Positions 27,101-39,100 of a DNA stretch of 64,000 bases are shown piece by piece. The DNA is from Torpedo marmorata (taxonomy: Eukaryota). Below the pieces are notes generated by a model. That model searched no databases, was not told where the DNA came from, and was given only the letters and a program-made list of their open reading frames with translations. The stretch is taken from assembly GCA_977017645.1 (NCBI GenBank), contig OZ360222.1:34596001-34660000 (forward strand). Reading direction: 5' to 3'. The first letter of the stretch is position 1. Each line of letters opens with the position of its first letter. Position numbers and translations under genes: made by a program.

Positions 27101-30100
27101 GATCCAGTATGGCCTCTCCTCTTGTCGGCCAGTCCACATACTGTCATGAATCCTTCCTGAACACACCTGACAAACTCAGCCCCTTCCATCCCTCTTGCAG
27201 TCAATATTAGGGAAGTTGAAGTCACCCATAACTACAACCCTGTATTTCCCGCACCATTCCAAAATCTGCCTGCTTATCTGCTCCTCGGTGTCCCGAGGGC
27301 TATTTGGGGCTCTATAGACTACTCCCAGCACAGTGATAGCTCCCTTCCTATTTCTGACTTCCACCCAGTGGACACTCCCTCTGCAGCGTCCTCCCTTTCC
27401 ATAGCCATGACACTATCCCTGACCAGTAATGCTACTCCCCTCTCTCCTTTTCTACCTCTCTTCCTATTCCTTTTAAAACACCTAAACCCTAAACTGCATC
27501 AGCCCTTCCTCCAGCCAAGTTTCAGTAAGGACCACAACTTCATAGTTCTACGTACTGATCGATGCTCTAAGTTCATCCCCTTTATTCCTAATACTCCTAG
27601 CGTTGAAATAGACACATTTCAACCCCTGTAACTGGCTACATTTATGTTTTGTCCCCCGCCTGTCCTTCCTCACCAACTCAGAACACATATCATCATCCTT
27701 TTGTCCTTCTATCCTAATTTCTGCACTCACATTCTGATTCCCACCCCCCCTGCCAAACTAGTTTAAACCCTCCCCAACAGCTCGAGCAAACCTGCCCTTT
27801 AGGATATTGGTCCCTTTCCAGTTCAGGTGCGGCCCATCCTTTTTGTACAAGTCAGACCTTCCCCAGAAGAGATCCCAATGATCCAGAAATCTGAACCCCT
27901 GCCCCCACTCTTCAGCCACGCATTCATCTGCCACAATTTCCTGTTCCTACCCTCTCTGGCGCATGGCACAGGCAACAATCCCGAGATTACCACCCTTGAG
28001 GTCCTGCTTTTTAACTTCTTTCCTAACTCCCTATACTCCCTCTTCAGGACCTCATCCCTACTCTTATCTATGTCATTGGTCCCCACGTGGAGCACGACAT
28101 CTGGCTGCTCACCCTCCCCCTCCAGAATGCTATGAACTCGATCAGAGACATCCCTGACCCTGGCACCTGGGAGGCAACATACCATCCGGGAGCTCCGATC
28201 TCGTTCACCAAACCGCCTATCTGCTTTCCTAACCAATGAGTCCCCAATTACTATTGCTCTCCTCTTCTCCCCCCTTCCCACCTGAGCCGTGGGGCCAGCC
28301 TCTGTGCCAGAGACGTGACCACCCCGACTGGTCCCTGGTAGATCGTCCCCCCCAACAGTATCGAAAACAGTATACTTGTTGTTGAGGGGAACGGCCACAG
28401 GGGTGCTCTACACTGTCTGCCTCTTCCCCTTCCCTCTCCTAACAGTCACCCAGTTACCTGTCTCCTGACTTTTAGGGGTGACTGTCTCCCTGAAGCTCCT
28501 CTCTATCACTGCCTCTGCCTCCTGAATTCATCCAGCTCCCGCTCCTTAACAGTCTCCCAGGAGCTGCAGCTGGATGCACCTCTTGCAGGTGTAGTCATCA
28601 GGGACAATTGTGTTGTCCTAGATTTCCCACATCCTGCAATCGGAGCATTCGACTGCCCAGCTGCTGACTCCATTAACTCTTCCTAATTAAATTCAAAGAT
28701 CTTACCTTAGTGGAATCAAGCTCGTCCGAAGCCTCGTGAGCCAAAGTCCCACTCCTACACTGGCTGCTCTCCACTGGCCGCTCTGCTTGAGCTACTCCTC
28801 ATTTTACTTGTCACTACCCCTTGTTAATTACTACTCCCACCAATCACCGTCTGTTTAACCCTTAACGTGCTTTTTAAAGGCACTCACCTCCAGCTGACTC
28901 CCGACAGTCCCAGCTCTCTCGAGTCCCACACTCCTCATAATGGTCCCGAGATGTATAAGTGGAGTATTGGATAAAAATGCCTTTATTTTGATGGCAAGAT
29001 CTGGATTCTGTCAATCATCTGTTCTCTACAGGATTGATTATTCCATAGTTCCATTATGGTCTTTTTTTAAATATTTATTGTATTAGTTTAGTGATTTTGG
29101 TAATATTGATTTTGAGCTAAGTATTGACCAGAACACCATGGGAAGTTCAACTGCTCTGCTTTCAGGAGCGAGGTGGGGGCTCTTAATTCACATACTTGCA
29201 ATGGAATTTAACTCCATAGTCTTCTGACTCAGGAGGCAAGAGTGTCATCATGAATCCATGGCTGACATCAAAAGCTTTCAAACCATGACTGCAGGGCTTG
29301 AGTTGTAAGGAGAGGCCAGAAAGGCTGGGACTTTACTCCCTGCAGCATAAGAGGCTGAGGGGGGAACTTTATAGAGGTTTATAAAATCATGAGGGGAATA
29401 TAGAAGGAGAATAGTCACAATATTTTCCCCAGAATAGGAGAGTCTAAAGCTAGAGGGCATTGAAGGTGGAAAGATTTAAAATGGTTCTATAGATAGAGTA
29501 AATGCAAGTAGTCTTTTTCCACTTAGGTTAGGTGAGATACCAACCAAAGGACATGGGTTAAGGGTGAAAGGGGAAAGTTTAGGGGGAACATTCAGAGGAA
29601 CTTCTTCACACAGAGAGTAGTGGGAGTGTGGAACGAGCTGCCAGCTGAAGTGGTGAATGCGGGCTAATTTTCACATTTAACAAAAATGTGGACAGGTAAA
29701 TGGATGGGAGGGCTATGGACTGGGTGCAGGTCAGTGGCACTAGGCAGAATAATAGTTTGGCGCAGACTAGAAGGGCCGAAGGGCTTGTTTTCTGTGCTGT
29801 AATGTTTTATGTTCTGTGGTTCTATGGACTTGGAGCAGCTCATATGGAGGGTGGAGGGATATGGAATCAGCTGCCAGAGGAAATGGTAGAGGCAGGTACC
29901 ATTACAAGGTTTAAAAGACATTTGGACAGGTACATGGATAGGAAAGGGTTGGAAGGATATGGGCCAAATGCAGGCAAATGGGACTAGGTTAAATGGGCAA
30001 CTTGGTCAGCCTGGATGAGTTGGGCTGAAGGGGCTGTTTCTGTGTTGTACAGCTCTATGACTCTATAAACCAGCCATTCTCAACCAGGGGCCATACAGCC

Positions 30101-33100
30101 CCCTGCTAGGGGCCACAACACATTTAATGGGGGCCATGGACTGAAACCATAAAGTATTTATATTCTTTATGTAGTAGGTTGGAGAGAAGTACAAAAGAAA
30201 CCAACTAAACTTGACAGCTTCACAGGGAAGGGGGGCCATAAACTTTGAGCAGAGTCCGAAGAGGACCATAGTTTAAAAAAAATGGTTGAGAATGGCTACT
30301 ATAAACAATAAACCCTGAAGCATCAGCGAGAGGGTACTGAATTCCACAGGCTGTCTATATAATGAGCTGCTTCTGAAAAAGGCCAGTTTAACTTTGTGTT
30401 GTAACTTATTTACTAGTATTGGCAAACTTGAATCTTCCCATTAGCTGGAGAGTCCGGCCGGAGCCAGGGGTCCCAGCCCCAGGTCATGGCTGCGGAGAAT
30501 CAGAATCAACAGTTCCAGGTGCCCTATCTGTGGCTTCTCCACAACAAAAGGCAGCGGGAGACCGTCATTAAATATATTCAAGGAGGAGGTAGATATATTT
30601 CTCACTGCTGAAGGGATCAGGATATGGGAAGAAAGCAGGAGCAGGACACGGGAGTGGATGATCAGCCATGATTGGGTTAAATGGTGGACCAGGCCTGAGG
30701 GCAGAATGGCCTCACCCTGCTTTTATTTTCTACATTTCCACAACTTTTATGGGGAGTCGATTCTGGAACATGCTAATTAATAGCTTAGCAACTTGTTTTT
30801 GCTGCATTCCAGCTCTGCTTCCTTTACCAAATCTGTGCTCCCTGGGAAGAGTTTTGCCTCTTTTACCCTTCCATCAAATCTCTCCCTCATTTCATCAATC
30901 CGAGGTTGTCTGATATTATCGATCTCTTTCGTCCCTACCTAAGTTCCTTTATGCTCTCAAGGCCTTAACTTCCTGAAGCAGTTACCAGAAGTAATTTAGT
31001 GTCCATTGTTTTATCGAAGTTTTGTGTAGCTTCCCATCCCACTTAAAAGTCGAAGATTTTGCTGCCTTCAGAGTTGTGTGTACGTGAAGTGTCATTGCTG
31101 TTCCTCAATCCCTTGAAAATTAGTTTTATCTTACTTTGCCCTTTTCTTCCACCAAAAACTGAGATTTAATGTCATGAAGAGCAAAGTTCATCCTCCACAA
31201 GCTGTCTCTCATTCAGGACTGCTTCCGTCCCCCGTGTCTGTCTCACATGGCCAAGTTCCCCATCATCTGCAAAACTGCGTCAGTGGTCTCTCGAGCAGTT
31301 CCTTAAGTTAACGGTCAACTTTGGTCAGGTTATTTCAACTGACAGCAGTCACTGACCAAAATAAAAACCCTGCTGGAACTGGTGTTGCCAAATGACTCGA
31401 CAAGCTTGTACCTGCTTGAACTGGACAGTGATGATCATATGTGAACGACTGCTGGTCATGTTGATGTTGGTGGATGCTATGCTCCTCTTCCTAGTCCCTT
31501 CCTCCATCAACTGTTCAATTTGGTTGTAGTTTTCACAAGGCACTGATTTCATGTCCTCTACATAGAAACCCCTTTGGGAGCTTTCTCGCACTCTAAGACC
31601 TCCAGGATGCTTACTTTTGGACAATAAGTCAATGACCTATGAAAGAGATTAGATGTAAATATAATAATTTATGTGGACTTATGGAGAGTTTAACAAGGTT
31701 CCAGCCACTGTGTCAGGCTGTATGACCCAGAGACTGAAATGAAGTCCTACATTACAGAAAGGCAGCTGGACAATTATCAAACTTGTCAAAATTGCTGTAG
31801 TTTTTCTGGCAAAAAGTCAAGGAGACTCCCTGCATAGACTCAGAAGAGAATGATTTTAAATAAAATCCTTAATCACCGATTTTCCTTGAGATGTCAATTT
31901 TTTTCTGATTAGTTTGGCTTTTGATCTTTCTATGCTTTTTGCTATTTAGTTTCAATTTTTTTTTAACCTTCCTTCTGCCTTCCTACCATCACCCTGGACT
32001 ATCCATCCAGCAGTTCTGGGCAAACACTCTAATCCACTCCTTATTGGCTCGTATTTGTGTCCATCATTTATGACGTCACTGTGCTGCTAAATCACACAAA
32101 GCCTCATCTAGCCTCAACCTTGCGCCCTTTTCCATTGGATAGTTCAGGTGACTGACTGTCTGATGGGCAGAAGTGGAGAACCTTCAGCACACAGTCACAG
32201 TTATGGGCAATAAACTGCCAAACCCCCAACAATTAAGGAGAGAAAAATAATTTGGCATGGAACCCATAGTTTGAAATCGAGTTGATGGATATTAAATGCC
32301 AGGACCAAGTTTTAGTCTCGGTCTGTCAATGCTTGATACGTTACTGCTTAAGAACAGCAGTACTTGGAAAGGAACTTTTTAGCCACTGGACAGATTAGCA
32401 AATAGAGATTTGTGTAACCATTTCTACACAGAGCTTGGCCTTCACAGAGAATCTATGGGAACATGTCCAGACTACGACTGTGCAAGATATCACCGTGCTT
32501 GAAAGGCAACATGAAACTCCTTTTCTAATGAAATGAAGTACTGTTGACATGTAATATGCTATTTACTTATTTATTTCACTGGAACTAATCCTGCAGGTCA
32601 TTTTATAGATGAGGCGAAAACGTTCTTGATAGTTTAATTTCTAATAAAATATGCACATCTGGAGAATTGATGTTTAACACAGTTGAAAGTCCGTTCAACC
32701 TTGGTACATGCCTTTTATTTTGCAACAACAAAGCAGCTAGCTAATGCACATACTGATGGCAAAATTGAATACTACATTTTGGTGTCAGTAAGGAGAAAAC
32801 ATTACCTTTTCATTGTAGATTTCCAACATGCTGAAATAAACCTATAAGGAGAATAAAAGAAATTTGGGACTTGTATTACACTCAGCAAAATAATCCATAA
32901 TCTCCTTTACATCATTAACCTCTTCTTGTACTTCAGATGGTGATTCACTACCACTGCTTTCAAACAATTAAATTTTTACCATTGACATTTGGTTAACTCA
33001 AACCAATTATGATGAACTGGGTTAAATCAGAAACCATAATAGCAATGGTTAAGACGTTTGTTAACGATCATAAATCTAAATTTGCAACGTTATGTTGCAG

Positions 33101-36100
33101 ATTTCCAAACATTTCTTAGATCACACAGAGTATGGTGTTCAGGAACGAACGATGTGGCAGCAAAAGTGAAAGTGCAGAAGAGATACACGAAGATATTACC
33201 AGGAATAGAGGGCTTTAGTTACCAGGAGAGATTGGATAGGCTGGGTTTATTCTCACTGCAACGCACGGGGCTACAGGGCAACATTCATATAGCTTTATAA
33301 AATCAAGAGGGGAGGTAGATTGTCAGACCACGCACATATTGGAGGAACACCACCTCATCTTCTGACTGGGCACCCTCCAACCGGATGGCATTAATATCGA
33401 CTTCTCTGGCTTTCGTTAACCCCCACCCCCCACAACTTCTTCCCCTGTCGCCTTCCCCCAGCTCTGTCTCTCCCTTCCCTGTCTCTTTTCGTACAGACAT
33501 GATAAATTGTCACCCCTCCCCTTATCATATCCAATTAACACCTTTTGTTGGTCTGGATTCCTCCCCCAGCGAACATTGTCTGAATTCTGAGATTTTCTGA
33601 GATTTCCTGCTTCGGGCTCATCCTGCTTATTCCTTGAAGAAGGGCTCAGGCCCGAAACGTCGGCAATATATCTTTGCTTTTTATGGACACTGAAAGACCT
33701 CCAGCATTTCGGTGTGTTTTTACTACAATCACAGTGTCTGCACACTTTAGTGTTTCACTCTAGACAGTCAGTCCATGGGAGTCTAGAACTGGAGGGCACG
33801 GTTTAATGTGAGAGGGGAGCAATTTAAATCTGAGGGTTAAGTTTTTTTCCCCCCCACACAGAGGGTGGTGAATATTTGAAACCAGCTGCCAGAGAAGGTA
33901 GAGGAGGCAGAAACAATTACAATGATTAAAAGGCATTTGGACAGATGTTTAGATTGGAAAGATGTAAAGGAATACAGACCGAATATGGATTAGTGTAACT
34001 CGGTATCACGGTTAGCATGGACATGGTGGATCAAAGAGCCTGTTTCGATTTTGTGACTATGAATTAACACCCTGAATTCATTCAAAAATATTGTGCAGAG
34101 AACCCAATATGTACTAATGTTCATGGGGGATGCTGTTCACTTGTATTTAATCCTGTGGCTGTCAACTTCCAGGCTGAAGGACTAATCTTTTCCAGTTAAT
34201 TTGGCGATATCCTGTGCCCAAGCATTTTGTGGTACATTTTTACCACACCAAAACCAGTTAGTTAATTTGGGAGACACCTGTTCTCCAATTTAAGGTGGAT
34301 GCTTGATTCCCCACTAAACTTATTCTGCTTCAGCCCCACTCTCCCTTCATACCTTCACATCTATTCCTACACTTTTTCATTTTTATTTTAGTTTTTCTAA
34401 TTTCTTCCTGATTCTCCTTTCCATTTATTTTTAGTCATCCCTTATAGAATTTAAACGTACAACACGCTAACAGGCCATTTCAGCCCACGAGCCTGTGCCG
34501 CCCAATTACATCCAAACAACCTACAACCCCCAGCACATTTTGAACGGTGGGAGGAAACCGGAGCCCCTGGGGAAAACCCACAGACACAGGGAGAACGTAC
34601 AAACTCCTTACAAATAGCGCCGGATTAGAACCCCGTTCGCTGGCGCTGTAATTGCTAACTGCTACGCTAACAGGTCCCCGGGCGCCTGCCTACATTTTGC
34701 TCATACCTCGATGAAAGGTTCAAGCCCGAAATTTTGGTTATGTATCTTTATCTTTGCTACATAAAGTACTGTCTGACCGGTTGAGTTTCTCCAGCATTGT
34801 GTTTTACTTCAATCACGGTGTCTGCAGACTTTTGTATTTTACTTTTGCAAACATTACTAACCCTGTGGTTGTTTGTGTGTTGTGCTCTTCCTGTTCTTGC
34901 TTGGTTTGGATATTTCCACATTAATTCTACCATCCAGCTGCTTCTCTTTCCGCGCCCTCTCCCTCAACCCCCACCATTTACATCGACCTTAACTGCAATA
35001 GATCTCATGAAAAGCTTTTTGGAAGGACAAAGCTAATCTGATGTACCCGTGGAATATTTCATTGCAGCAGCAACAGAATTAACAGGCTGGTTGAGAACAG
35101 TGCAGAACAAAGGTTAAAGCAATTGTACCACAATATTAATGGAACATCTAAACCTGCTGGGAGCGGCACAAACAGGAGCTGGAGCAGGCCCCTCACACCT
35201 GCCCGCCATTTGATGATTGCGGCTGATCTGCCCCAGGCTTCATCTCCCCAGAGCCCATTTCTCTCATCTCTCAAAGATTTTTCTGCATCTTTTGATAAGT
35301 TCCAAACCCTCTCGGGTAGAAAATTTACCTACATTTACAACCTCAGCTCTCAGTGATTATCTCCTCCCCCCCACCCTTTTGATCTTCTACTTTGTTCTGC
35401 TGTGTACATGTTTGAGTTGACTTGCTAGACTGCTCACAGAACAAATCCCTCTCACTGTACCAGGTGGAGTGTGTCAATAAACTTGAACTGGAATGACGTT
35501 CGTTTGACTCTCCCACGAATAGAAGCACCTCAACTACCCTGTCAAGCCTCTCAGGACCTTATTTATTTTCATAAGATCACCCCATGTCAACTTCCAGGAG
35601 AGTTCCTTCTCTACCACAACACGGGCAGCACACTAATCATCTGCAGTGATCTTGATTCCTCATCTTGTCCGTTGTCATCTGAATATCTTAATATTCATGT
35701 TCCTTTAATTTAGCCATCTTGATTTCCCTTTTGTGAGGGACTGATAATTAATGGACCTACTCTTGGGGCTCGGAGGCATCTTTGTGAAGAATCAGCTGTT
35801 CATTGACAACAGTTATCCGAGCAGTTCGCTGGATTTTTTCACCAAGCTTCGGATTTGTTGCAGCAAGTAGCTATAAAAGCAAGGTGGGATCATTGTCCGT
35901 TCCAATCATTTCTATGCAAACATCTTTTAGACATTAATGACAGCCCGACTCTTCCACATGCTCACAATGCACCTCAAAGTTGTTACCTTCTATCAATTAC
36001 ACAGGACAACAAAATTTATTCAAAAGGTTTGCTTCCTGCAAAAAAAAAAAGGGGGATTACGACAGACAACTTCAAGCTGAACACAAAGATAATTTCAGAT

Positions 36101-39100
36101 TTGCTGTATCACGTAGGAAGTTGGAGAAATATTCAATGAACTTTTATTGAATTTAGTATGTTTAATCGCATAATGATGACGACATATTGCGTGAGTTCAA
36201 CTGACCTAAAAATGTTTTGCTGCTGATTTTTGTTTGTATTCAGCATCTGATGCCTCATGTCAGTGAAATGAAACATAGAACATAGACTACAGCATAGTAC
36301 AGGCCCTTCGACCTTTGATGTTGTGCCGACCCATATATTCCTTTAAAAAAAAGTACTAAACCCTCACGACCCCGTAACCCTCTATTTTTCTTCCATCCAT
36401 GTGCCTGTCTTAGAGTCTCTTAAATGCCCCTAATGTTTCAGCCTCCACCACCAACCCCGGCAAGGCATCCCAGCCACCCACAACTCTCTGCGTAAAAAAC
36501 CTATCCCTGATGTCTCCCCTAAACTTCCCTCCCTTCACTTTGTACACGTCTTCTGGTGTTTGCTATTCCTGCCCTGGGAAACAGGCGCTGGCTGTCCACC
36601 CTATCTATGCCTCTCATAATCTTGTAGACCTTGATTAAGTCTCCTCTTGTCCTTCTATGTTCCAAAGAGAAAAGTCCCAGCTCTGCTAACCTTGCCTCAT
36701 AAGACATTTTTCAATCCAGGTAACATCCTGGTAAATCTCCCCTGTACCCTCTCCATAGCTTCCACATCCTTGCTATAATGAGGTGACCAGAACTGAACAC
36801 AATACTCCAAATGTGGTCTCACCAGAGATTTGTAGAGTTGCGACATGACCTCTCTGTTCTTGAACTCATTCCCCCTATTAATGAAGCCCAGCTTTCTATA
36901 GGCCTTCTTGACTATCCTATCAACCTGTGCGGCGACCTTGAGGGATGTATGGATTTGGATCCCAAGGTCCCTCTGTTCATCCACACTCTTAAGTAACCGA
37001 CCATTAACTCTACTCAGCCTTCTGGTTTGTCCTTCCAAAATGCATCACCTCACACTTATCCGGATTGAACTCCATCTGCCACTTCTCCACCTAACTCTGC
37101 ATCCTGTCTATATCTTCTTGTAACCTTCGACAACCTTCCATCCACAATTCCTCCTTTCACCATGTTCGTCACTGACTGCACCAAGATGAGCAGGGAAGTC
37201 CAAGTGCAAATGCAGAATATGAATTTTCAATGACATGTTGCACTTCATGGTTTTGTATGCTTGAAGCATGTTAAAAATATGACAGGAAATCACAGAGGTT
37301 ATATCTAAAAAAGGGAACGTGATAGGAAATTTTTAAGGCAATTTTCGTGATCAGCAGCCCAAAATCCATAAAATGCTGTACACCAAAAAGCAGAAAGCAA
37401 AATCTTCATTGTCCAGTGTTACCTATTGATCCCAAATGACGACAATCCTTAACATTATTGCTGATTCTTACCTGGTACTGTTTATCAGCTTCTTGATATT
37501 GTTTAATTGTTTTAAACAACTCATCACAAGTTAATGGGATTATTCCCCTGTCTGGTCCATACCCAAACATGGAGTAGCTTTTTCCTGAACCAGTCTGTCC
37601 ATAGGCCAACAACGTTGTGTTGTATCCCCGCCACGCATCGCTCAACAATTCTTGGCCCACATCATTGAACACCTTTCTCTAAGGAAGCAAGGGTTGAACA
37701 AAATTACACATATGTCCTTTCTCACCACATTATCCCTTTTCTTACCTGAGAAAACTGACTCCACATCGACAAGGGAACTCCCTGAAATGAACACCATCTT
37801 CATGCCTTGGCTCTGAACCCATTAACCCCCTTCTCAAGCGAATAGCTGCTGTGAAACGATCCAGTTGAGCCACCCCCCAACATCTGTAGTGTTTCTGGTT
37901 AGATTTGCAGATTTCTATAACTGTGGGAAGAAGTGGCTTCTTGATGCCATCCTTAAAAAACAGTTTTTATATTTCAACGTTATTCTTCACCTGAAGAATA
38001 GTTCCTATCTACTCACTCCATCAAATCCTCCAAATCATCTTAAACACCACCCTCGACTATCTAAGGCAAACAAGACCACTACTCTAGATATAATTGGGTC
38101 CTTGTATTCTGGACCTTGAAGTAAAAGCCAACATTCCATTCGTTCTTTTAAAGAATAAGCACGCAAATATTGTTTAAGATGCAGGCCGGGGAGTTGGAGC
38201 TGAGTGGGAGGATAGATCAGCTCATGATAGAATGGCAGAGCAGACTCAATTGGCCTACTTCTGCTCCTAGATCTTGTGAACTCTAACACAGGGTTCATTT
38301 ATTCAGTTTTCAGAGCCCACCACCAAAACAAAAGATACACAGAAGCCATATCTAGATCATTGGATCACAGATTTTCATCGGGCAACCACGTGGAGCACTG
38401 TTGGCAATCGATTTCACTTGCTCCGCAAAATTTCTGGACACAGGCAGCTACTTCCCTTTCAGATGGATTGTGAACCTAAGTCAATCAGGTTCATTGCAGA
38501 GCTGCAGTCGATGGACACAATAGATTTGCTTTACTCTGAACTGCAGTGCTGAAGTTGGACGTCACCCTGGTCACGACTGAATTATTTGTTACTTACCTGG
38601 CAAAGAGGGAAGTTTTTGATTCAAGGAATTTCTGAATCCTAACAATGACTCAGAACAAAATCAGCCTGATGTTTTAACCTCGGGACTGGTGCCCAGATTG
38701 TGGTGGGACAAAGGCGAAGGACATTTTACAAATGCGACCGATCACTAAATACACAATAGGCCAATAGAAATTATGAAATATTTGTAAATCATTATTTTTG
38801 ATCAATTCAAATTTGACTATTTTGTTCTTAATTGCAGTTGATAGTTATGCAAACTTTTCCTAAGGTGCACGGGATGATGTGATGAGATTGAAGGTTTTTT
38901 TTTCAAAAATAAACTTTATTCACAGTAACTTATTTACAAAGAAGAACCGCTTAAAGTCTTTTCACATCTTTAATGCCATATCCATACATTTTCATCTGCG
39001 TGGCCCTTCCCCACAAGCGCCCGCGCATTGGCTGCACCAAGCCTCAGTGCGTCCCTCAGCACGTACCCCTGCAGCCTGGAATGTCCCAGTTAGCAGCAAT

